Of a stretch of 64,000 nt of DNA, positions 1 through 13,100 are shown piece by piece. The stretch spans positions 10,478,001-10,542,000 of the forward strand of contig CM120649.1 in the NCBI GenBank assembly GCA_051362555.1, read 5' to 3'. Position 1 is the first letter of the stretch; each line of letters starts with the position of its first letter. The notes beneath the pieces are model-generated. The model saw only the letters and a list, made by a program, of their open reading frames with translations. It was not told the origin of the DNA and ran no database searches. Origin of the DNA: Lingula anatina (taxonomy: Eukaryota; Animalia; Brachiopoda). Made by a program: the position numbers and the translations under genes.

Positions 1-670
1 ATAAAATTATCAGTTGACTGTGTTTAATTAAAGTGTATTTTATTACCAATTGATTCCAGAAGAGTGAGAATTTATGAAAACAAATATTTCAATATTCCAA
101 TAAATCATTTTATCTCAAAACAAACCATCAGATGTGATGACTTGTGTTTGTTTGTGTAGGAAGTGGCAAATTACCTATTATTGTCTTCTGAAAAGCAACA
201 TATACCCAATCAAGATTTCTCCTTACTACCAATATCAGATGCAGATTCCTCCTTACAGTGGGTTTCTGGAATCAGGCTGTTAGAACACCATTTCACCATG
301 TCCTAGATCTCCCACATATCATGTATTGTACACATGGATGAGACATAGCACTGCTCTTGATGTTATCCTTCACTGCCTGTTTTTTCTATAGGCATTAACC
401 ATGAATAGACAGATAGAGTCCGTCCACCAACAAGCCACCAGGCTGCAAGGAAAGGTTTACCTGGAAAAAGGGCAAAGTCCATGGCGTAAAATATTTAAAC
501 GTTAATAATTTTAACAAATCTGGTCCAATGTTTGTGAAATTTGTACAAATGATGCCTAATAACAGTAAAAGTCTGAGATAAAATTATCAGTTGACTGTGT
601 GTAATTAAAGTGACTTTTCAGACAATATATTCGAGAAAATCGAAAATGACGTTGAAAACTTTGGCAAATT

Positions 671-862
671 CCAAGGCTTAAAATAGTTAAACGTTAATAA
701 TTTTGACAAATCTGGTCCAATGTTTGTGAAATTTGTACAAATGATGCCTAATATCAGTAAAAATCTGAGATAAAATTATCAGTTGACTGTGTTTAATTAA
801 AGTGATTTTTCAGACAATATATTTGAGAAAACCGAAAATTACGTTGAAAACATTGGCAAATT
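671..862 (+). repeat. Representative 192-bp satellite monomer (B subtype)
   Basis: ccaagg anchors at 671 and 863. B subtype: gtgatttttc...tttgagaaaaccgaaaattacg...acattggc. A subtype: gtgacttttc...ttcgagaaaatcgaaaatgacg...actttggc. Contains the 12-bp perfect palindrome atttgtacaaat. Confidence 0.97.
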
Positions 863-1439
863 CCAAGGCTTAAAATAGTTAAACGTTAATAATTTTGACA
901 AATCTGGTCCAATGTTTGTGAAATTTGTACAAATGATACCTAATAACAATAAAAATCTGAAATAAGCTTATCACTTCACTGTTTCTAATTTAAGTGTATT
1001 TTATTAGCAATTGATTCCAGAAGAGTGAGAATTTATGAAAACAAATATTTCAATATTCCAATAAATCATTTTATCTCAAAACAAACCATCAGATGTGATG
1101 ACTTGTGTTTGTTTGTGTAGGAAGTGGCAAATTACCTATTATTGTCTTCTGAAAAGCAACATATACCCAATCAAGATTTCTCCTTACTACCAATACCAGA
1201 TGCAGATTCCTCCTTACAGTGGGTTTCTGGAATCAGGCTGTTAGAACACCATTTCACCATGTCCTAGATCTCCCACATATCATGTATTGTACACATGGAT
1301 GAGACATAGCACTGCTCTTGATGTTGTCCTTCACTGCCTGTTTTTTCTATAGGCATTAACCATGAATAGACAGATAGAGTCCGTCCACCAACAAGCCACC
1401 AGGCTGCAAGGAAAGGTTTACCTGCAAAAAGGGCAAAGT
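863..1439 (+). repeat. Representative 577-bp long satellite unit (L1 subtype)
   Basis: Starts as a monomer, diverges at aaataagcttatcacttcac, carries a less AT-rich core of about 345 bp and rejoins the monomer at gggcaaagtccatggc. Dozens of copies; subtypes L2 (4116-4694, 579 bp) and L3 (4695-5271, 577 bp) have their own diagnostic variants. Confidence 0.97.
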
Positions 1440-2969
1440 CCATGGCGTAAAATATTTAAACGTTAATAATTTTAACAAATCTGGTCCAATGTTTGTGAAA
1501 TTTGTACAAATGATGCCTAATAAAAATAAAAATCTGACATAATCTAAGCAGTTGACTGTGTGAAATGAAAATGATTTTTCAGACAATATATTCGAGAAAC
1601 CTCAAAATTACATTGAAAACATTGGTAAATTCCAAGGCTTAAAATAGTTAAACGTTAATAATTTTAACAAATATGGTCATATGTTTGTGAAATTTGTACA
1701 AATGATGCCTAATAACAGTAAAAAACTGAGATAAAATTATCAGTTGACTGTGTGTAATTAAAGTGACTTTTCAGACAATATATTCGAGAAAATGACGTTG
1801 AAAACTTTGGCAAATTCCAAGGCTTAAAATAGTTAAACGTTAATAATTTTGACAAATCTGGTCCAATGTTTGTGAAATTTGTACAAATGATGCCTAATAT
1901 CAGTAAAAATCTGACATAAAATTATCAGTTGACTGTGTGTAATTAAAGTGATTTTTCAGACAATATATTTGAGAAAACCGAAAATTACGTTGAAAACATT
2001 GGCAAATTCCAAGGCTTAAAATAGTTAAACGTTAATAATTTTAACAAATCTGGTCATATGTTTGTGAAATTTGTACAAATGATGCCTAATAACAGTAAAA
2101 GTCTGAGATAAAATTATCAGTTGACTGTGTGTAATTAAAAAGATTTTTTTAGACAATATATTCGAGAAAATCAAAAATGACGTTGAAAACTTTGGCAAAT
2201 TCCAAGGCTTAAAATAGTTAAACGTTAATAATTTTGACAAATCTGGTCTAATGTTTGTGAAATTTGTACAAATGATGCCTAATAACAGTAAAAATCTGAG
2301 ATAAAATTATCAGTTGACTGTGTTTAATTAAAGTGATTTTTTAGACAATATATTTGAGAAAACCGAAAATTACGTTGAAAACATTGGCAAATTCCAAGGC
2401 TTAAAATAGTTAAACGTTAATAATTTTGACAAATCTGGTCACATGTTTGTGAAATTTGTACAAATGATGCCTAATAACAATAAAAATCTGAAATAAGCTT
2501 ATCACTTCACTGTTTCTAATTTAAGTGTATTTTATTACCAATTGATTACAGAAAAGTGAGAATTTATGAAAACAAATATTTCAATATTCCAATAAATCAT
2601 TTTATCTCAAATAAAACATCAGATGTGATGACTTGTGTTTGTTTGTGTAGGAAGTGGCAAATTACCTATTATTGTCTTCTGAAAAGCAACATATACCCAA
2701 TCAAGATTTCTCCTTACTACCAATACCAGATGCAGATTCCTCCTTACAGTGGGTTTCTGGAATCAGGCTGTTAGAACACCATTTCACCATGTCCTAGATC
2801 TCCCACATATCATGTATTGTACACATGGATGAGACATAGCACTGCTCTTGATGTTGTCTTTCACTGCCTGTTTTTTCTATAGGCATTAACCATGAATAGA
2901 CAGATAGAGTCCGTCCACCAACAAGCCACCAGGTTGCAAGGAAAGGTTTACCTGCAAAAAGGGCAAAGT
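1440..2969 (+). repeat. Basal higher-order repeat of about 1530 bp (C - A185 - B - A - B - L)
   Basis: ccatgg anchors at 1440 and 2970; ORF-track offset 1356->2886 = 1530, matching 577+185+4x192. Variants of 1338 (8247->9585) and 1721 (6526->8247) differ by about one monomer. Confidence 0.88.
1632..1816 (+). repeat. 185-bp monomer variant (7-bp deletion)
   Basis: ttcgagaaaatgacg instead of ttcgagaaaatcgaaaatgacg, i.e. loss of one copy of the short direct repeat gaaaat(c). Usually the second monomer after an L1/L3 unit. Confidence 0.93.
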
Positions 2970-4115
2970 CCATGGCGTAAAATATTTAAACGTTAATAAT
3001 TTTAACAAATCTGGTCCAATGTTTGTGAAATTTGTACAAATGATGCCTAATAAAAATAAAAATCTGACATAATCTAAGCAGTTGACTGTGTGAAATGAAA
3101 ATGATTTTTCAGACAATATATTCGAGAAACCTCAAAATTACTTTGAAAACATTGGTAAATTCCAAGGCTTAAAATAGTTAAACGTTAATAATTTTAACAA
3201 ATATGGTCATATGTTTGTGAAATTTGTACAAATGATGCCTAATAACAGTAAAAATCTGAGATAAAATTATCAGTTGACTGTGTGTAATTAAAGTGACTTT
3301 TCAGACAATATATTCGAGAAAATGACGTTGAAAACTTTGGCAAATTCCAAGGCTTAAAATAGTTAAACGTTAATAATTTTGACAAATCTGGTCCAATGTT
3401 TGTGAAATTTGTACAAATGATGCCTAATAACAGTAAAAATCTGAGATAAAATTATCAGTTGACTGTGTGTAATTAAAGTGATTTTTCAGACAATATATTT
3501 CAGAAAACCGAAAATTACGTTGAAAACATTGGCAAATTCCAAGGCTTAAAATAGTTAAACGTTAATAATTTTAACAAATATGGTCATATGTTTGTGAAAT
3601 TTGTACAAATGATGCCCAATAACAGTAAAAGTCTGAGATAAAATTATCAGTTGACTGTGTGTAATTAAAGTGACTTTTCAGACAATATATTCGAGAAAAT
3701 CGAAAATGACGTTGAAAACTTTGGCAAATTCCAAGGCTTAAAATAGTTAAACGTTAATAATTTTTAACAAATATGGTCATATGTTTGTGAAATTTGTACA
3801 AATGATGCCTAATAACAGTAAAAGTCTGAGATAAAATTATCAGTTGACTGTGTGTAATTAAAGTGACTTTTCAGACAATATATTCGAGAAAATCGAAAAT
3901 GACGTTGAAAACTTTGGCAAATTCCAAGGCTTAAAATAGTTAAACGTTAATAATTTTGACAAATCTGGTCCAATGTTTGTGAAATTTGTACAAATGATGC
4001 CTAATATCAGTAAAAATCTGAGATAAAATTATCAGTTGACTGTGTTTAATTAAAGTGATTTTTCAGACAATATATTTGAGAAAACCGAAAATTACGTTGA
4101 AAACATTGGCAAATT

Positions 4116-7100
4116 CCAAGGCTTAAAATAGTTAAACGTTAATAATTTTGACAAATCTGGTCACATGTTTGTGAAATTTGTACAAATGATGCCTAATAAC
4201 AATAAAAATCTGAAATAAGCTTATCACTTCACTGTTTCTAATTTAAGTGTATTTTATTACCAATTGATTCCAGAAGAGTGAGAATTTATGAAAACAAATA
4301 TTTCTATATTCCAATAAATCATTTTATCTCAAATAAAACATCAGATGTGATGACTTGTGTTTGTTTGTGTAGGAAGTGGCAAATTACCTATTATTGTCTT
4401 CTAAAAAGCAACATATACCCAATCAAGACTTCTCCTTACTACCAATACCAGATGCAGATTCCTCCTTACAGTGGGTTTCTGGAATCAGGCTGTTAGAACA
4501 CCATTTCACCATGTCCTAGATCTTCCCACATATCAAGTATTGTACACATGGATGAGACATAGCACTGCTCTTGATGTTGTCTTTCACTGCCCGTTTTTTT
4601 TCTACACGCATTAACCATGAATAGACAGATAGAGTTTGTCAACCAACAAGCCACCAGGCCGCAAGGAAAGTTTTACCTGGAAAAAGGGCAAAGTCCATGG
4701 CTTAAAATAGTTAAACGTTAATAATTTTGACAAATCTGGTCATATGTTTGTGAAATTTGTACAAATGATGCCTAATAACAATAAAAATCTGAAATAAGTT
4801 GATCACTTCACTATTTCTAATTTAAGTGTATTTTATTACCAATTGATTTTGGAAGAGTGAGAATTTATCAAAAGCAAATATTTTAATATTCCAATAAATC
4901 ATTTTATCTCAAATAAAACATCAGATGTGATGACTTGTGTTTGTTTGTGTAGGAAGTGGCAAATTACCTATTATTGTCTTCTGAAAAGCAACATATACCC
5001 AACCAAGACTTCTCATTACTACCAATACCAGATGCAGATTCCTCCTAACAGTGGGTTTCTGGAATCAGGCTGTTAGAACACCATTTCACCATGTCCTAGA
5101 TCTCCCACATATCATGTATTGTACACATGGATGAGACATAGCACTGCTCTTGATGTTGTCCTTCTCTGCCTGTTTTTTCTATAGGCATTAACCATGAATA
5201 GACAGATAGAGTCCATCCACCAACAAGCCACCAGGCTGCAAGGAAAGGTTTACCTGCAAAAAGGGCAAAGTCCATGGCGTAAAATATTTAAACGTTAATA
5301 ATTTTAACAAATCTGGTCCAATGTTTGTGAAATTTGTACAAATGATGCCTAATAAAAATAAAAATCTGACATAATCTAAGCAGTTGACTGTGTGAAATGA
5401 AAATGATTTTTCAGACCATATATTCGAGAAACCTCAAAATTACATTGAAAACATTGGTAAATTCCAAGGCTTAAAATAGTTAAACGTTAATAATTTTAAC
5501 AAATCTGGTCATATGTTTGTGAAATTTGTACAAATGATGCCTAATAACAGTAAAAATCTGAGATAAAATTATCAGTTGACTGTGTGTAATTAAAGTGACT
5601 TTTCAGACAATATATTCGAGAAAATGACGTTGAAAACTTTGGCAAATTCCAAGGCTTAAAATAGTTAAACGTTAATAATTTTGACAAATCTGGTCCAATG
5701 TTTGTGAAATTTGTACAAATGATGCCTAATAACAGTAAAAGTCTGAGATAAAATTATCAGTTGACTGTGTGTAATTAAAGTGACTTTTCAGACAATATAT
5801 TCGAGAAAATCGAAAATGACGTTGAAAACTTTGGCAAATTCCAAGGCTTAAAATAGTTAAACGTTAATAATTTTGACAAATCTGGTCCAATGTTTGTGAA
5901 ATTTGTACAAATGATGCCTAATATCAGTAAAAATCTGAGATAAAATTATCAGTTGACTGTGTTTAATTAAAGTGATTTTTCAGACAATATATTTGAGAAA
6001 ACCGAAAATTACGTTGAAAACATTGGCAAATTCCAAGGCTTAAAATAGTTAAACGTTAATAATTTTGACAAATCTGGTCCAATGTTTGTGAAATTTGTAC
6101 AAATGATGCCTAATAACAATAAAAATCTGAAATAAGCTTATCACTTCACTGTTTCTAATTTAAGTGTATTTTATTACCAATTGATTCCAGAAGAGTGAGA
6201 ATTTATGAAAACAAATATTTCAATATTCCAATAAATCATTTTATCTCAAAACAAACCATCAGATGTGATGACTTGTGTTTGTTTGTGTAGGAAGTGGCAA
6301 ATTACCTATTATTGTCTTCTGAAAAGCAACATATACCCAATCAAGATTTCTCCTTACTACCAATACCAGATGCAGATTCCTCCTTACAGTGGGTTTCTGG
6401 AATCAGGCTGTTAGAACACCATTTCACCATGTCCTAGATCTCCCACATATCATGTATTGTACACATGGATGAGACATAGCACTGCTCTTGATGTTGTCCT
6501 TCACTGCCTGTTTTTTCTATAGGCATTAACCATGAATAGACAGATAGAGTCCGTCCACCAACAAGCCACCAGGCTGCAAGGAAAGGTTTACCTGCAAAAA
6601 GGGCAAAGTCCATGGCGTAAAATATTTAAACGTTAATAATTTTAACAAATCTGGTCCAATGTTTGTGAAATTTGTACAAATGATGCCTAATAAAAATAAA
6701 AATCTGACATAATCTAAGCAGTTGACTGTGTGAAATGAAAATGATTTTTCAGACAATATATTCGAGAAACCTCAAAATTACATTGAAAACATTGGTAAAT
6801 TCCAAGGCTTAAAATAGTTAAACGTTAATAATTTTAACAAATATGGTCATATGTTTGTGAAATTTGTACAAATGATGCCTAATAACAGTAAAAAACTGAG
6901 ATAAAATTATCAGTTGACTGTGTGTAATTAAAGTGACTTTTCAGACAATATATTTGAGAAAATGACGTTGAAAACTTTGGCAAATTCCAAGGCTTAAAAT
7001 AGTTAAACGTTAATAATTTTGACAAATCTGGTCCAATGTTTGTGAAATTTGTACAAATGATGCCTAATATCAGTAAAAATCTGAGATAAAATTATCAGTT

Positions 7101-10100
7101 GACTGTGTGTAATTAAAGTGATTTTTCAGACAATATATTTGAGAAAACCGAAAATTACGTTGAAAACATTGGCAAATTCCAAGGCTTAAAATAGTTAAAC
7201 GTTAATAATTTTAAGAAATCTGGTCATATGTTTGTGAAATTTGTACAAATGATGCCTAATAACAGTAAAAGTCTGAGATAAAATTATCAGTTGACTGTGT
7301 GTAATTAAAGTGACTTTTCAGACAATATATTCGAGAAAATCGAAAATGACGTTGAAAACTTTGGCAAATTCCAAGGCTTAAAATAGTTAAACGTTAATAA
7401 ATTTGACAAATCTGGTCCAATGTTTGTGAAATTTGTACAAATGATGCCTAATATCAGTAAAAATCTGAGATAAAATTATCAGTTGACTGTGTGTAATTAA
7501 AGTAATTTTCAGACAATATATTTGAGAAAACCGAAAATTACGTTGAAAACATTGGCAAATTCCAAGGCTTAAAATAGTTAAACGTTAATAATTTTAACAA
7601 ATATGGTCATATGTTTGTGAAATTTGTACAAATGATGCCTAATAACAGTAAAAATCTGAGATAAAATTATCAGTTGACTGTGTTTAATTAAAGTGATTTT
7701 TCAGACAATATATTTGAGAAAACCGAAAATTACGTTGAAAACATTGGCAAATTCCAAGGCTTAAAATAGTTAAACGTTAATAATTTTGACAAATCTGGTC
7801 CAATGTTTGTGAAATTTGTACAAATGATGCCTAATAACAATAAAAATCTGAAATAAGCTTACCACTTCACTGTTTCTAATTTAAGTGTATTTTATTAGCA
7901 ATTGATTCCAGAAGAGTGAGAATTTATGAAAACAAATATTTCAATATTCCAATAAATCATTTTATCTCAAAACAAACCATCAGATGTGATGACTTGTGTT
8001 TGTTTGTGTAGGAAGTGGCAAATTACCTATTATTGTCTTCTGAAAAGCAACATATACCCAATCAAGATTTCTCCTTACTACCAATACCAGATGCAGATTC
8101 CTCCTTACAGTGGGTTTCTGGAATCAGGCTGTTAGAACACCATTTCACCATGTCCTAGATCTCCCACATATCATGTATTGTACACATGGATGAGACATAG
8201 CACTGCTCTTGATGTTGTCTTTCACTGCCTGTTTTTTCTATAGGCATTAACCATGAATAGACAGATAGAGTCCGTCCACCAACAAGCCACCAGGTTGCAA
8301 GGAAAGGTTTACCTGCAAAAAGGGCAAAGTCCATGGCGTAAAATATTTAAACGTTAATAATTTTAACAAATCTGGTCCAATGTTTGTGAAATTTGTACAA
8401 ATGATGCCTAATAAAAATAAAAATCTGACATAATCTAAGCAGTTGACTGTGTGAAATGAAAATGATTTTTCAGACAATATATTCGAGAAACCTCAAAATT
8501 ACATTGAAAACATTGGTAAATTCCAAGGCTTAAAATAGTTAAACGTTAATAATTTTAACAAATCTGGTCATATGTTTGTGAAATTTGTACAAATGATGCC
8601 TAATAACAGTAAAAATCTGAGATAAAATTATCAGTTGACTGTGTGTAATTAAAGTGACTTTTCAGACAATATATTCGAGAAAATGACATTGAAAACTTTG
8701 GCAAATTCCAAGGCTTAAAATAGTTAAACGTTAATAATTTTGACAAATCTGGTCCAATGTTTGTGAAATTTGTACAAATGATGCCTAATATCAGTAAAAA
8801 TCTGAGATAAAATTATCAGTTGACTGTGTGTAATTAAAGTGATTTTTCAGACAATATATTTGAGAAAACCGAAAATTACGTTGAAAACATTGGCAAATTC
8901 CAAGGCTTAAAATAGTTAAACGTTAATAATTTTAACAAATATGGTCATATGTTTGTGAAATTTGTACAAATGATGCCTAATAACAGTAAAAGTCTGAGAT
9001 AAAATTATCAGTTGACTGTGTGTAATTAAAGTGACTTTTCAGACAATATATTTGAGAAAACCGAAAATTACGTTGAAAACATTGGCAAATTCCAAGGCTT
9101 AAAATAGTTAAACGTTAATAATTTTGACAAATCTGGTCCAATGTTTGTGAAATTTGTACAAATGATGCCTAATAACAATAAAAATCTGAAATAAGCTTAT
9201 CACTTCACTGTTTCTAATTTAAGTGTATTTTATTACCAATTGATTCCAGAAGAGTGAGAATTTATGAAAACAAATATTTCAATATTCCAATAAATCATTT
9301 TATCTCAAAACAAACCATCAGATGTGATGACTTGTGTTTGTTTGTGTAGGAAGTGGCAAATTACCTATTATTGTCTTCTGAAAAGCAACATATACCCAAT
9401 CAAGATTTCTCCTTACTACCAATACCAGATGCAGATTCCTCCTTACAGTGGGTTTCTGGAATCAGGCTGTTAGAACACCATTTCACCATGTCCTAGATCT
9501 CCCACATATCATGTATTGTACACATGGATGAGACATAGCACTGCTCTTGATGTTGTCTTTCACTGCCTGTTTTTTCTATAGGCATTAACCATGAATAGAC
9601 AGATAGAGTCCGTCCACCAACAAGCCACCAGGTTGCAAGGAAAGGTTTACCTGCAAAAAGGGCAAAGTCCATGGCGTAAAATATTTAAACGTTAATAATT
9701 TTAACAAATCTGGTCCAATGTTTGTGAAATTTGTACAAATGATGCCTAATAAAAATAAAAATCTGACATAATCTAAGCAGTTGACTGTGTGAAATGAAAA
9801 TGATTTTTCAGACAATATATTCGAGAAACCTCAAAATTACTTTGAAAACATTGGTAAATTCCAAGGCTTAAAATAGTTAAACGTTAATAATTTTAACAAA
9901 TCTGGTCATATGTTTGTGAAATTTGTACAAATGATGCCTAATAACAGTAAAAATCTGAGATAAAATTATCAGTTGACTGTGTGTAATTAAAGTGACTTTT
10001 CAGACAATATATTCGAGAAAATGACGTTGAAAACTTTGGCAAATTCCAAGGCTTAAAATAGTTAAACGTTAATAATTTTGACAAATCTGGTCCAATGTTT

Positions 10101-13100
10101 GTGAAATTTGTACAAATGATGCCTAATATCAGTAAAAATCTGAGATAAAATTATCAGTTGACTGTGTGTAATTAAAGTGATTTTTCAGACAATATATTTC
10201 AGAAAACCGAAAATTACGTTGAAAACATTGGCAAATTCCAAGGCTTAAAATAGTTAAACGTTAATAATTTTAACAAATATGGTCATATGTTTGTGAAATT
10301 TGTACAAATGATGCCTAATAATAGTAAAAGTCTGAGATAAAATTATCAGTTGACTGTGTGTAATTAAAGTGACTTTTCAGACAATATATTCGAGAAAATC
10401 GAAAATGACGTTGAAAACTTTGGCAAATTCCAAGGCTTAAAATAGTTAAACGTTAATAATTTTTAACAAATATGGTCATATGTTTGTGAAATTTGTACAA
10501 ATGATGCCTAATAACAGTAAAAGTCTGAGATAAAATTATCAGTTGACTGTGTGTAATTAAAGTGACTTTTCAGACAATATATTCGAGAAAATCGAAAATG
10601 ACGTTGAAAACTTTGGCAAATTCCAAGGCTTAAAATAGTTAAACGTTAATAATTTTGACAAATCTGGTCCAATGTTTGTGAAATTTGTACAAATGATGCC
10701 TAATATCAGTAAAAATCTGAGATAAAATTATCAGTTGACTGTGTTTAATTAAAGTGATTTTTCAGACAATATATTTGAGAAAACCGAAAATTACGTTGAA
10801 AACATTGGCAAATTCCAAGGCTTAAAATAGTTAAACGTTAATAATTTTGACAAATCTGGTCACATGTTTGTGAAATTTGTACAAATGATGCCTAATAACA
10901 ATAAAAATCTGAAATAAGCTTATCACTTCACTGTTTCTAATTTAAGTGTATTTTATTACCAATTGATTCCAGAAGAGTGAGAATTTATGAAAACAAATAT
11001 TTCTATATTCCAATAAATCATTTTATCTCAAATAAAACATCAGATGTGATGACTTGTGTTTGTTTGTGTAGGAAGTGGCAAATTACCTATTATTGTCTTC
11101 TAAAAAGCAACATATACCCAATCAAGACTTCTCCTTACTACCAATACCAGATGCAGATTCCTCCTTACAGTGGGTTTCTGGAATCAGGCTGTTAGAACAC
11201 CATTTCACCATGTCCTAGATCTTCCCACATATCAAGTATTGTACACATGGATGAGACATAGCACTGCTCTTGATGTTGTCTTTCACTGCCCGTTTTTTTT
11301 CTACACGCATTAACCATGAATAGACAGATAGAGTCTGTCAACCAACAAGCCACCAGGCCGCAAGGAAAGTTTTACCTGGAAAAAGGGCAAAGTCCATGGC
11401 TTAAAATAGTTAAACGTTAATAATTTTGACAAATCTGGTCATATGTTTGTGAAATTTGTACAAATGATGCCTAATAACAATAAAAATCTGAAATAAGTTG
11501 ATCACTTCACTATTTCTAATTTAAGTGTATTTTATTACCAATTGATTTTGGAAGAGTGAGAATTTATCAAAAGCAAATATTTTAATATTCCAATAAATCA
11601 TTTTATCTCAAATAAAACATCAGATGTGATGACTTGTGTTTGTTTGTGTAGGAAGTGGCAAATTACCTATTATTGTCTTCTGAAAAGCAACATATACCCA
11701 ACCAAGACTTCTCATTACTACCAATACCAGATGCAGATTCCTCCTAACAGTGGGTTTCTGGAATCAGGCTGTTAGAACACCATTTCACCATGTCCTAGAT
11801 CTCCCACATATCATGTATTGTACACATGGATGAGACATAGCACTGCTCTTGATGTTGTCCTTCTCTGCCTGTTTTTTCTATAGGCATTAACCATGAATAG
11901 ACAGATAGAGTCCGTCCACCAACAAGCCACCAGGCTGCAAGGAAAGGTTTACCTGCAAAAAGGGCAAAGTCCATGGCGTAAAATATTTAAACGTTAATAA
12001 TTTTAACAAATCTGGTCCAATGTTTGTGAAATTTGTACAAATGATGCCTAATAAAAATAAAAATCTGACATAATCTAAGCAGTTGACTGTGTGAAATGAA
12101 AATGATTTTTCAGACCATATATTCGAGAAACCTCAAAATTACATTGAAAACATTGGTAAATTCCAAGGCTTAAAATAGTTAAACGTTAATAATTTTAACA
12201 AATATGGTCATATGTTTGTGAAATTTGTACAAATGATGCCTAATAACAGTAAAAATCTGAGATAAAATTATCAGTTGACTGTGTGTAATTAAAGTGACTT
12301 TTCAGACAATATATTCGAGAAAATGACGTTGAAAACTTTGGCAAATTCCAAGGCTTAAAATAGTTAAACGTTAATAATTTTGACAAATCTGGTCCAATGT
12401 TTGTGAAATTTGTACAAATGATGCCTAATATCAGTAAAAATCTGAGATAAAATTATCAGTTGACTGTGTGTAATTAAAGTGATTTTTCAGACAATATATT
12501 TGAGAAAACCGAAAATTACGTTGAAAACATTGGCAAATTCCAAGGCTTAAAATAGTTAAACGTTAATAATTTTAAGAAATCTGGTCATATGTTTGTGAAA
12601 TTTGTACAAATGATGCCTAATAACAGTAAAAGTCTGAGATAAAATTATCAGTTGACTGTGTGTAATTAAAGTGACTTTTCAGACAATATATTCGAGAAAA
12701 TCGAAAATGACGTTGAAAACTTTGGCAAATTCCAAGGCTTAAAATAGTTAAACGTTAATAATTTTGACAAATCTGGTCCAATGTTTGTGAAATTTGTACA
12801 AATGATGCCTAATATCAGTAAAAATCTGAGATAAAATTATCAGTTGACTGTGTTTAATTAAAGTGATTTTTCAGACAATATATTTGAGAAAACCGAAAAT
12901 TACGTTGAAAACATTGGCAAATTCCAAGGCTTAAAATAGTTAAACGTTAATAATTTTGACAAATCTGGTCCAATGTTTGTGAAATTTGTACAAATGATGC
13001 CTTATATCAGTAAAAATCTGAGATAAAATTATCACTTCACTGTTTCTAATTTAAGTGGTTTTTATTAGCAATTGATTCCAGAAGAGTGAGAATTTATGAA

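Noticed and set aside
1094-1152. C/D-box snoRNA-like motif pair (gtgatga ... ctga) in the long unit
   Set aside because: No terminal stem outside the boxes, no recognisable rRNA guide, and the L2 subtype has ctaa in place of the D box. An Rfam or snoscan hit would be needed.
630-1235. TTCnnGAA heat-shock-element-like dyads (ttcgagaa, ttccagaa, ttctggaa)
   Set aside because: Only two nGAAn units each, whereas a canonical HSE needs three; expected by chance in AT-rich DNA.
863-1439. Tandem RNA-gene cluster (5S, tRNA, snRNA, SL RNA) as the identity of the long unit
   Set aside because: No 5S, tRNA cloverleaf, A/B box or snRNA sequence that I can recognise on either strand; not excluded without an Infernal scan.
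1320-1466. Acceptor-like ttttttctatag followed by a 34-codon ATG ORF (MNRQIESVHQQ...) in L1
   Set aside because: Very short, runs into monomer sequence, and the AG is lost in L2 (ctacacgc); compatible with chance.
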